DNA of 64,000 bases from Fidelibacterota bacterium (GTDB taxonomy: Bacteria > Fidelibacterota > Marinisomatia > Marinisomatales > TCS55): NCBI GenBank assembly GCA_965249165.1, contig OZ252221.1:945347-1009346 (forward strand), written 5' to 3'. This document shows, piece after piece, positions 40,101 to 46,408 of this stretch. Positions within the stretch are counted from its first letter, which is position 1. Each line of letters begins with the position of its first letter. The position numbers were made by a program, and so were the translations under genes. The notes under the pieces are model-generated. The model saw only the letters and a program-made list of their open reading frames with translations, was not told the origin of the DNA and ran no database searches.

Positions 40101-42220
40101 TTCAAATCGATTACCCGGATGATGAAACGATGGTCGCCTATACCTATAATCAGTTGGGTCAGCTAATATCTGTGGGGAATGATTCAGACTCCTACCGCTA
40201 CGCCATCTATATTTATAACCCGGATGGCAGCATTAATCGGGAAATCCTGTACCAAAGCGTAGGTTCATTGAGTCACAATTTTAGATATAACTCCCAGGGG
40301 CGCTTAGACGGAATCGGTCCCCAGGGTGGCTTTGGCTTCCATGAATCAATCGATTATTCCTATTCTGGAAATATAACTACCACCGGCATGGCCCTGGCGC
40401 AACAGGGTCCTGATACATTGGAAGGTGTGATTTATAATTACCGAACCAACTATACTTACGATGATCTGGGTCAACTGACCGGGGCAGTACACAATGATAA
40501 TGCCTTAACAGATTTGACGATGACCTACGATCCCAATGGGAATATTCTTACCCAGAACAATAGAACGTATAATTATATAAGCGGGACGAATAAAGTAAGG
40601 AACACCGATGGCAGCGGCAACGATTACACCTACAATGCCAATGGGAATATAACCAGGGCGAATCCAAAAAATATCCAACAGATCAGATACGATGCTTTTA
40701 CGCAAATGACCCGAAGGATTTTGACTAGTCGGAATATAACGTTCCAGTATGATGGCAGTAACCGCAGAGTATTTAGGAACCACCGTGTAAGAGTATATCC
40801 TCCGGGGGGAGGAGACAATCCGGTCATGAAGCAGAAATACCAAAAGGGACCATCGGAAGAAGCGGTGATCAAAGATCAGTATTCCGGTTTTTCTCCCGCT
40901 CAAGTGGAGTCAAAGATGATGGGCGCAATCACATGGATATACAATAATAAGCTCTATCTCCATGGTGAGAATGCGTATCCGTTGGTGGAGTACATCACCA
41001 GCACCAACGAATCGGAGACGAAGCAAGTGTATATCTACGGAGCCACGGGGTTGATCGCCACCCACCGAGACAGTACCACTTATACCATTATCAAAGACCA
41101 TCTGGGCAGTACCCGGCTGGTGCTGGACGAGGATTGGGCGGTGGTGAGCTGGTATGACTACGCGCCTTTTGGCAAGATCAGCCGCGGCGGAACCGGGACA
41201 AAGTTAAACTACCGCTACACCGGACAGGAAAGGGATGGTGCCACGGGGTTAATGAACTACCGCGCCCGAATGTACGACCCGGATTTAGGAAGATTTTATG
41301 CGGTGGATCCGGCAGGGCAGTTGGCCAGCCCTTACGCTTACGCCGGAAATAATCCCCTTATTATGGTGGACCCGGATGGGGAGTGGTTTTTTCTAATTCC
41401 CATGCTTTTTGGGGGCGCGGTGAATTATGCGATGTCAGATAATCCAACCTGGAAAGATTTTGCCATTGGTGCTGCACAAGGACTTCTAACTTATTATTCA
41501 GGTGGTGGTGGATTTGGGTTTTCAATGAATTCAGCAGCACAAGCAGGTTTAGACAAGTTTGCCATGAACACATTTGCGAGTATGGTTTGGGATGTGGGAT
41601 ATCGTAAATCTGGACTATCTGAACAGGTACAAAAAGAATTCGGCATGGGTTTTGACATTGCTTTTAACTTACTTGGCCCGGCAGCCATTGAAGGTGGATT
41701 GGCTAGTGCCGTTGGCCCTGCTGAAGGTGTAACATATGACGAAAGTATGACCTTAGAAGAAGTTCACGAAAAAGGGATGGTAAATTACCCTACAAAGAAA
41801 GCAGATATAGATTTAATGGAAGAAGGTGCGCATTTTGATGACACTGGTGCGGATTGGAAAAGAGGATACACAGTTTCTCATGGTGGTAAAACAGCATTTG
41901 TAAAAGAAAAGCCGGCTTATTTAAAGAAAAAAATTCTGGGTACTCATTATGGAACTTCAATAGGACCCAATACTGAAGATTTTACAAATGATCCTTTTTT
42001 TATTGGTTTGATTACAGGTGATGGTTATTTATCAGGTGGGATTAGTCATCAATCGAATACAAGAGCTTTGAACGCATTATTTGGCACATCCTTTTTACCG
42101 AGTCAAGTATTGGGTCAGAACTTTAACATTGGTTTTTATCAGTCTTTTATGGGGGCTGGGCATATGCCCTGGTCATTACAGCTGCATATGACTGGGAATT
42201 ATGTTAGGGCTTATGAATAG
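34121..42220 (+). CDS. Giant SpvB-N-terminal / Rhs (YD-repeat) polymorphic toxin, 2,699 aa, with C-terminal toxin tip
   Basis: - Signal-like N-terminus.
- SpvB-type block NLFSGDVNLPVNLVSLPGLNGLGVNVTAVYNS.
- Two jelly-roll-like inserts (about 37740-38240 and 38490-38990).
- Many YD repeats (YTYNQLGQL, YTYDDLGQL, MTYDPNGNI, YTYNANGNI...).
- Rhs core end: DHLGSTRLVLDE...YDYAPFGK...YRYTGQERDGATGLMNYRARMYDPDLGRFYAVDP...NNPLIMVDPDGEW (DPxGE at about 41370-41384).
- A 278-aa tip follows the core. Confidence 0.93.
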   Translation: MRIISKTFTNFITCFLLSAMVLNGQDDDFVAPLKLPESSSRDDDGSSPSAAPNIKTFALDPNLKGAVGNSVNLFSGDVNLPVNLVSLPGLNGLGVNVTAVYNSNIQNQVDTWNLTAPTGVLGLGWSLDYPKIVRNHKNTGTRHDDEFYLLAGGSSTPLLRTGTSTNGQTYYYRVKNDPNLEIRYYQEDADDTNGDMGYWEVLTGNGITQVFGNTDDSKQLGIRWKNWIGSSIIATNQTQFAIVWNLSSMRDDWGNAINYDYENVTNTIGAGANAKEYTEASYLGEIRDVYNRKVVFNYGEKSADEEYQDPHKEQGEPDAYQERYETRYLHNIEVYSDANVSDELFSIHFNYNFVGAGNLRKRLLAAIWQTNARMESLPPLKFTYYATGYHRGMLKTVTYTQGGITTYTYTSQDISSVGVSADRDRHVSRPTGYVGKPGIFVGHDYVVLIWENASGTINLETYIWTGRWVKTLDETLDIDDDSDATEYEVFIGEDYFALIEKFHTTQGIKPIHIYHKKEGLKGWYYYTHDLISNHSGCADGGGNNENRMNVAVGDDFISVVSIEHGREYRFQWNAQGETWNSYVSDCRNGDDTDDFYVAGTGNYYFFHNAIGYDRIYFRNRNELGNWTNSSFYLGSNTSDNGDYYQSWHSGSSFFVGLIRGHAEVAYTWDVNFQGFQRHNLGFQVNDVSPTFIRGSFVGIYDSGPNSSQFIRFNGSYWLNETFPGYGFTIGEDFMLTSGIGGIIRLLYNPNLNDYEEFAADNGEYYAYLTGLADQPKVSNNFVVAYHCCDGDNSAGIYVLYRFPGDFEFSEIANFPQTYSSPRVATGSNYFIIQNDDSYTSQFHFVKNGAHVASDAGSDNGKFIHYFDEYDFPDPVGANTAVAIRSGNDATLYRIVNDDFQGAIGDVVVSTMAMDDGYNSVSTSYEFQYGVSDPSGTVAQYNKVIVYPGGDTLNGFTEHYFFNGLETDESAAPFPAGSNVTNADSYYGLMTGRPYKIIAKDANGEVVSTTENYWFVTEFDIGPRKIGHYTRQRKQVSTTDGITKTVESTYAENSGYLTRTQTTNSNGDILTKSFTHFKNAYGDIDNLKSPIVKTITRNTRSGTATTTSATATTWKEWSPGKWAPNKTYTWNGNGSVIFNFSAWSGNVEPPSRWLKVSQVLERTSFGAVRRSADVDSTISSVIFDQTHKRPVAVFSAANISDNSIGNEAGYIGFESGYSTNSHPDNDYWSMPPANTFSTDAHSGKYSRKVIAGTPRYGPTRDFRPDDQYGTYVLSCWVKTEAGYNSSTNSSFKLHTKRDSGNNSLYPSIAAAWISIPIDDTDGKWEYLEVALDLGRVRELGDIPASELLRLRTFTANQDPDHYFLVDDITFRPLDSGFSATIIDPETRRVTARLGNNGETMRTVYDDFNRPLASIGPDEQVNALTMPYYSRYYNWGVLSGSWTEYDPDDPNSVLSITAQNGGIYDGFDDGDADGWTLAPTSHWQVEDGKLKINAHSGDETATAVLESSGAEAMAVSISAAAEFNDSLGVVGMAVGDYSIRCNLIGPDFARWRLYHDGNALVSGTGHAYGRKWTFIISQGMIHFFVDRELRLEYEDANAVGGEVVLFAEPWYGEMAEFDNVLVIHDPVVSRVYSDGMGKTIQSQRLDGDDIILSMPYYDEMNRAAVGFKPIKLDNHALEYNSDLVTAFDWAAGTYTGTMNNFHLADSGFNYTRWEYETTPLARVVKESLPGSGFQIGSGKEISYEYLPDPGETFTGINFDPEEHTIRKIEDPEGVKSVVVEDKLNKTLLKQLEDEDTPTTYSYNVKGQVDTIYLPNYFDSTVPSNEEFTIEMTYDHFGRLKSKATPDGGTERFIYHNRNGQLRFMQDGVGDNFNKVNYYKYDRIGRIKEAGHFAYSGSLNNLQDEANTIPDYPTNAPTWRKKYYYDRAGETGSTINYKGRLWRIETNNDNSSDVEVVETFRYNRGGEIVEKELLVSDYDSTQHYSTSYEYNNVGNVIQIDYPDDETMVAYTYNQLGQLISVGNDSDSYRYAIYIYNPDGSINREILYQSVGSLSHNFRYNSQGRLDGIGPQGGFGFHESIDYSYSGNITTTGMALAQQGPDTLEGVIYNYRTNYTYDDLGQLTGAVHNDNALTDLTMTYDPNGNILTQNNRTYNYISGTNKVRNTDGSGNDYTYNANGNITRANPKNIQQIRYDAFTQMTRRILTSRNITFQYDGSNRRVFRNHRVRVYPPGGGDNPVMKQKYQKGPSEEAVIKDQYSGFSPAQVESKMMGAITWIYNNKLYLHGENAYPLVEYITSTNESETKQVYIYGATGLIATHRDSTTYTIIKDHLGSTRLVLDEDWAVVSWYDYAPFGKISRGGTGTKLNYRYTGQERDGATGLMNYRARMYDPDLGRFYAVDPAGQLASPYAYAGNNPLIMVDPDGEWFFLIPMLFGGAVNYAMSDNPTWKDFAIGAAQGLLTYYSGGGGFGFSMNSAAQAGLDKFAMNTFASMVWDVGYRKSGLSEQVQKEFGMGFDIAFNLLGPAAIEGGLASAVGPAEGVTYDESMTLEEVHEKGMVNYPTKKADIDLMEEGAHFDDTGADWKRGYTVSHGGKTAFVKEKPAYLKKKILGTHYGTSIGPNTEDFTNDPFFIGLITGDGYLSGGISHQSNTRALNALFGTSFLPSQVLGQNFNIGFYQSFMGAGHMPWSLQLHMTGNYVRAYE

Positions 42221-42245
42221 TGATACAACTCATTGTTGACTGCTT

Positions 42246-42674
42246 ATGAAAAGGAAAATCTTATTGGGTATTGTTATGATTGAAATATGTGGCATTCTTG
42301 GATGTTTTTATGTTTATCCATTTTATGTAAGAAAGGAAATAAAAGGTGATTATATTTATGGAGTCTATGGAGATCAAAATGAAAGTGATTCATTACGTCA
42401 TAGTTTCATTTTTGCAGAATCAAAAGAATCATTCCAATGGACAAGACATAAATATGAGCCAATGAGGCCAGATGAACACTACATTTTTATAGGTGATTCA
42501 ATTAAAGTACTATCGAGTATACCTGTTAAACTGAGAATAAAAAGGGTAAAAATTGACGGAACTACTTATACCAGATATAGATATCCAAATAAATTTTCAA
42601 TGGATGGACCAGTGGATATATATGTGAGAAATAAGATCATAAAATTTATGCACGTAGAGAGATTCAATGAATAA
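42246..42674 (+). CDS. Putative cognate immunity lipoprotein 1 (family paralogue, leader type A)
   Basis: Lies immediately downstream of the Rhs stop. N-terminal hydrophobic leader ending ILGC (lipobox-like). Conserved core HYIFIGDS..VL...PVK..I..VKIDGTTYTRYRYP....DGP.DIYVRN..IKFM shared by six paralogues. Confidence 0.65.
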   Translation: MKRKILLGIVMIEICGILGCFYVYPFYVRKEIKGDYIYGVYGDQNESDSLRHSFIFAESKESFQWTRHKYEPMRPDEHYIFIGDSIKVLSSIPVKLRIKRVKIDGTTYTRYRYPNKFSMDGPVDIYVRNKIIKFMHVERFNE

Positions 42675-42740
42675 CTCTGTTGGATTTGCTCCGGTTTAGT
42701 TGCCATCTTAATTTTTTTGACTAGTAAATTTGACAAAAAA

Positions 42741-43036
42741 ATAGTCGGCACTCATTACGGGGTGTCGATAGGACCCAATACTGAAGATTTTACAAATGAT
42801 CCTCTTCTTAAGGGTTTGTTTACCGGTAATGGTTATTTATCAGGTGGAATTAGTCATCAATCGAATACAAGAGCTTTGAACGCATTATTTGGCACATCCT
42901 TTTTACCGAGTCAAGTATTGGGTCAAAACTGCTCATGGCTTTTATCAATCTTTTTTTGGAGCTGGGCATATGCCCTGGTCATTACAGCTGCATATGTATG
43001 GGAATTATGCTAGGGCTTATGAGTAATACAACTAAT
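42741..43036 (+). pseudogene. Orphan toxin-tip copy 1, 5'-truncated and frameshifted
   Basis: Homology to the main tip starts at ...KKIVGTHYGVSIGPNTEDFTNDP. The frame is lost after ...SQVLGQN (indel relative to the other copies), but the original stop context GCTTATGAGTAA is retained at 43025-43036. Confidence 0.75.
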
Positions 43037-43048
43037 TGAGGACTTCTT

Positions 43049-43495
43049 ATGAGAATGCAAATTTTATTTCTTACTGGTATGATTGGAACCTGTGTCTTTT
43101 TTGGATGTTTTCCTCCATTTTTTAGAATGTATGAAATAAAAGATGATTATGTTCATATAACACAATATATAGATAAAAGTGATTCAGTAAATCACTACTA
43201 CTATTACTATTTTGCGGAGTCAGAAAAAACACTCCAAGATGAAGGATATAGAAAGTACATGGAGCCAAATAGTTATACTATTTTTATAGGTGATTCAGTA
43301 GAAGTACTCTTGAGCTTACCTTTTAAACCAAAAATAAGAACGGTAAAAATTGACGGTACTACTTATACTAGACATCGATGTCCGAAAAAAATTTTTACCG
43401 GAATGGATGGACCATTAGATATATATGTAAGAAACAATACCATAAAATTTATGCGAATAAAGTTATTTGCAGAAGGGATGGGACCACAACGGTAA
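43049..43495 (+). CDS. Putative immunity lipoprotein 2 (leader type B)
   Basis: Leader MRMQILFLTGMIGTCVFFGC. Same conserved core as the other paralogues. The C-terminus ...KLFAEGMGPQR overlaps the next toxin-tip ORF. Confidence 0.6.
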   Translation: MRMQILFLTGMIGTCVFFGCFPPFFRMYEIKDDYVHITQYIDKSDSVNHYYYYYFAESEKTLQDEGYRKYMEPNSYTIFIGDSVEVLLSLPFKPKIRTVKIDGTTYTRHRCPKKIFTGMDGPLDIYVRNNTIKFMRIKLFAEGMGPQR

Positions 43496-43952
43496 AACAT
43501 TAGATCAAATTCACAAAGAAGGAATGAAAGGTTACAATGAAAAATATGTAGAATACATGGTAGAAGGTTTTCACTTTAATCAAACTGGTGCGGATTGGAA
43601 GAGAGGATACACAGTTTCTCATGATGGTAAAACAGCTTATGTAAAAGAAAAGACAGCTTATAGAGGTCTAGGGACTCATTATGGAACTTCAACATTACCA
43701 AATACTAAAGATTTTACAAATGATCCTTTTCTTAAGGGTTTGTTTACCGGTGATGGTTATTTATCACGCGGCATTAGTCATCAATCGAATACAAGAGCAT
43801 TAAACGCATTATTTGGCACATCCTTTTTACCGAGTCAAGTATTGGGGCAAAACTTTAACATTGGTTTTTATCAGTCATTTATGGGAGCTGGGCATATGCC
43901 CTGGTCTCTACAGCTGCATATGTATGGGAATTATCATAGGGCTTATGAGTGA
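43467..43952 (+). CDS. Orphan toxin-tip copy 2 (intact 161-codon ORF, no Rhs core or secretion part)
   Basis: Aligns with main tip residues ...TLEEVHEKGM... to the C-terminal ...NY.RAYE. The ORF-track start is a TTG, and it is uncertain whether the copy is translated independently. Confidence 0.55.
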   Translation: MQKGWDHNGKTLDQIHKEGMKGYNEKYVEYMVEGFHFNQTGADWKRGYTVSHDGKTAYVKEKTAYRGLGTHYGTSTLPNTKDFTNDPFLKGLFTGDGYLSRGISHQSNTRALNALFGTSFLPSQVLGQNFNIGFYQSFMGAGHMPWSLQLHMYGNYHRAYE

Positions 43953-43974
43953 TACAACTAATTGAGGACTACTT

Positions 43975-44430
43975 ATGAAAAAGCGAATCTTATTGGGTAT
44001 TGTTATGATTGAAATATGTGGTATTCTGGGGTGTTTTTATCCATTTTATAAAACATATGAAATAAAAGATGATTATGTTCATATAATAAGATATGAAGAT
44101 CAAAGTGATTCAGTAGATCACTACTACTATTACTATTTTGCGGAATCAGAAAAACCACTCCAGAATCCAATAGATAGAAACAACCTAATGAAGCCAAATA
44201 GATATACCATTTTTATAGGTGATTCAGTAGAAGTACTCTTGAGCTTACCTTTTAAACCAAAAATAAGAACGGTAAAAATTGACGGCACTGCTTATACTAG
44301 ATATAGATATTCAGATGATTTTCATGGACGAGTGGATGTTAATGGACGATTGGATGTTTATATGAGAAATAATACTATTAAATTTATGCGAATAAAGTTA
44401 TTTGCAGAAGGGATGGGACCACAACGGTAA
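43975..44430 (+). CDS. Putative immunity lipoprotein 3 (leader type A)
   Basis: Leader MKKRILLGIVMIEICGILGC. The N-terminal half differs from paralogues 1, 2 and 4, while the C-terminal part is near-identical to paralogue 2. Confidence 0.6.
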   Translation: MKKRILLGIVMIEICGILGCFYPFYKTYEIKDDYVHIIRYEDQSDSVDHYYYYYFAESEKPLQNPIDRNNLMKPNRYTIFIGDSVEVLLSLPFKPKIRTVKIDGTAYTRYRYSDDFHGRVDVNGRLDVYMRNNTIKFMRIKLFAEGMGPQR

Positions 44431-44887
44431 AACATTAGATCAAATTCACAAAGAAGGAATGAAAGGTTACAATGAAAAATATGTAGAATACATGGTAGAA
44501 GGTTTTCACTTTAATCAAACTGGTGCGGATTGGAAGAGAGGATACACAGTTTCTCATGATGGTAAAACAGCTTATGTAAAAGAAAAGACAGCTTATAGAG
44601 GTCTAGGGACTCATTATGGAACTTCAACATTACCAAATACTAAAGATTTTACAAATGATCCTTTTCTTAAGGGTTTGTTCACCGGTGATGGTTATTTATC
44701 ACGCGGCATTAGTCATCAATCGAATACAAGAGCTTTGAACGCATTATTTGGCACATCCTTTTTACCGAGTCAAGTATTGGGCCAAAACTTTAACATTGGT
44801 TTTTATCAGTCTTTTATGGGGGCTGGGCATATGCCCTGGTCATTACAGCTGCATATGTATGGGAATTATCATAGGGCTTATGAGTGA
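44402..44887 (+). CDS. Orphan toxin-tip copy 3 (protein identical to copy 2)
   Basis: 161-aa translation identical to 43467-43952. I counted 8 nucleotide differences between the two copies, and all are synonymous. Confidence 0.55.
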   Translation: MQKGWDHNGKTLDQIHKEGMKGYNEKYVEYMVEGFHFNQTGADWKRGYTVSHDGKTAYVKEKTAYRGLGTHYGTSTLPNTKDFTNDPFLKGLFTGDGYLSRGISHQSNTRALNALFGTSFLPSQVLGQNFNIGFYQSFMGAGHMPWSLQLHMYGNYHRAYE

Positions 44888-44909
44888 TACAACTAATTGT
44901 TGACTGCTT

Positions 44910-45359
44910 ATGAGAAGCCAAATCTTATTTCTTACTGCAATGATCGCAACCTGTGTTATTTGTGGGTGTATTTACCCGTTTTCTGTAAGAAAAGAAATAA
45001 AAGATGATTTTGTTTATGTAGCACGCTATGATAAAGATCAAAATATAAGTGACTCATTATATAACTATCACGAATATTATTTTGCAGAATCAAAAAAAGC
45101 ACTTCAGGGTTCAAGAATTGGATATAGATATGACCCAATGGAGCCCAATAGACACTACATTTTTATAGGTGATTCAGTAGAAATACTCTTAAGGATACCT
45201 ATTAAACCGATAATAAAAACAGTAAAAATTCTCGGCATTACTTATACTAGATATCGATATTTATTAATTGATCCTATTGATGGACCATTAGATATATATG
45301 TGAGAAATAAGATCATAAAATTTATGCGAGTAAAGTTATTTGCAGAAGGGAGGATATAA
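44910..45359 (+). CDS. Putative immunity lipoprotein 4 (leader type B)
   Basis: Leader MRSQILFLTAMIATCVICGC; conserved family core; ends ...KLFAEGRI. Confidence 0.6.
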   Translation: MRSQILFLTAMIATCVICGCIYPFSVRKEIKDDFVYVARYDKDQNISDSLYNYHEYYFAESKKALQGSRIGYRYDPMEPNRHYIFIGDSVEILLRIPIKPIIKTVKILGITYTRYRYLLIDPIDGPLDIYVRNKIIKFMRVKLFAEGRI

Positions 45360-45436
45360 CATATGACGAAAGTATGACCTTAGAAGAAGTTCACGAAAAA
45401 GGGATGGTAAATTACATTTAAAGTGAAGCATATAAA

Positions 45437-45832
45437 ATGGAAGAAGGTGCGCACTTTGATCGAACTGATGTCGATTGGAAGAGAGGATACACAGTTTCTC
45501 ATGATGGTAAAACAGCATTTATAAAAGAAAAGACGGCTTATAGAGGTCTAGGTACTCATTATGGAGCGTCGATAGGACCCAATACTGAAAATTTTAAAAA
45601 TGATCATCTTCTTAAGGGTTTGTTTACAGGTGATGGTTATTTATCACGTGGGATTAGTCATCAATCGAATACAAGAGCTTTGAACGCATTATTTGGCACA
45701 TCCTTTTTACCGAGTCAAGTATTGGGCCAAAACTTTAACATTGGGTTTTATCAGTCTTTTATGGGGGCTGGGCATATGCCCTGGTCACTACAGCTTCATA
45801 TGTATGGGAATTATCATAGGGCTTATGAGTGA
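45437..45832 (+). CDS. Orphan toxin-tip copy 4 (131-codon ORF from an internal ATG; upstream homologous part interrupted by a stop)
   Basis: Homology to the main tip begins at about 45353 (TYDESMTLEEVHEKGMVNY). An in-frame TAA sits at 45419-45421. The ORF resumes at MEEGAHFD... and runs to the conserved ...NYHRAYE. Confidence 0.5.
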   Translation: MEEGAHFDRTDVDWKRGYTVSHDGKTAFIKEKTAYRGLGTHYGASIGPNTENFKNDHLLKGLFTGDGYLSRGISHQSNTRALNALFGTSFLPSQVLGQNFNIGFYQSFMGAGHMPWSLQLHMYGNYHRAYE

Positions 45833-45854
45833 TACAACTCATTGAGGACTACTT

Positions 45855-46301
45855 ATGAAAAAGCGAATCTTATTGGTTATTGTTATGATTGAAATGTGTG
45901 GCATTCTTGGATGTTTTTATGTTTATCCATTTTATGTAAGAAAGGAAATAAAAGGTGACTATATTTGTAAAGCATATTATAATGTACCACATTATACAGA
46001 TAAAATTGAAAGTAACTTAGATATTCAATATTTCTATTTTGCAGAATCAAAAGAATTATTACAGAATGCAGAATATAAATATGAGCCAATGAACCCAAAT
46101 AACCACTACATTTTTATAGGTGATTCAGTAGAAGTACTCTCGATTATACCGGTTAAACCGAAAATAAAAAGGGTAAAAATTGACGGGACTACTTATAATA
46201 GATATAGATATCCATATGAATTTGCAATGGAAGGACCAGTGGATATATATGTGAGAAATAAGATCATAAAATTTATGCACGTAGAGATATTTACAGAATA
46301 A
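45855..46301 (+). CDS. Putative immunity lipoprotein 5 (leader type A, closest to paralogue 1)
   Basis: Leader MKKRILLVIVMIEMCGILGC. The C-terminus ...IKFMHVEIFTE and the downstream sequence (CTCTGTTGGACTTGCTCCGGTTTAGTTG...) mirror those of paralogue 1. Confidence 0.6.
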   Translation: MKKRILLVIVMIEMCGILGCFYVYPFYVRKEIKGDYICKAYYNVPHYTDKIESNLDIQYFYFAESKELLQNAEYKYEPMNPNNHYIFIGDSVEVLSIIPVKPKIKRVKIDGTTYNRYRYPYEFAMEGPVDIYVRNKIIKFMHVEIFTE

Positions 46302-46408
46302 CTCTGTTGGACTTGCTCCGGTTTAGTTGTCATCTTAATTTTCTTGACTAACAAATAGGTAGATCGTTTGAAGATGACAACTAACTTATCGCTGGCGCTA
46401 AAATAGGA

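Noticed and set aside
34307-41688. Numerous 60-184-aa ORFs on the minus strand (and off-frame plus strand) inside the Rhs gene, for example 35207-35665, 39551-40105 and 40505-40903. The duplicates 47340-47738 and 47465-47707 lie in the orphan fragment.
   Set aside because: They lie entirely within a long ORF with strong family motifs. They have no start context or recognisable motifs. The apparent conservation of the 132-aa and 80-aa antisense ORFs simply reflects the near-identical DNA duplication of the rhs core.
42715-42745. TTTTTTGACTAGT downstream of immunity paralogue 1 (and TTTTCTTGACTAAC at about 46335) resembles the IS3 terminal repeat ACTTTTTTGACTAAGTCC. I considered it an IS scar explaining the 5' truncation of toxin copy 1.
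   Set aside because: The match is only about 11-13 nt within AT-rich sequence, with no adjoining IS sequence. It is too short to distinguish from chance without a genome-wide search.
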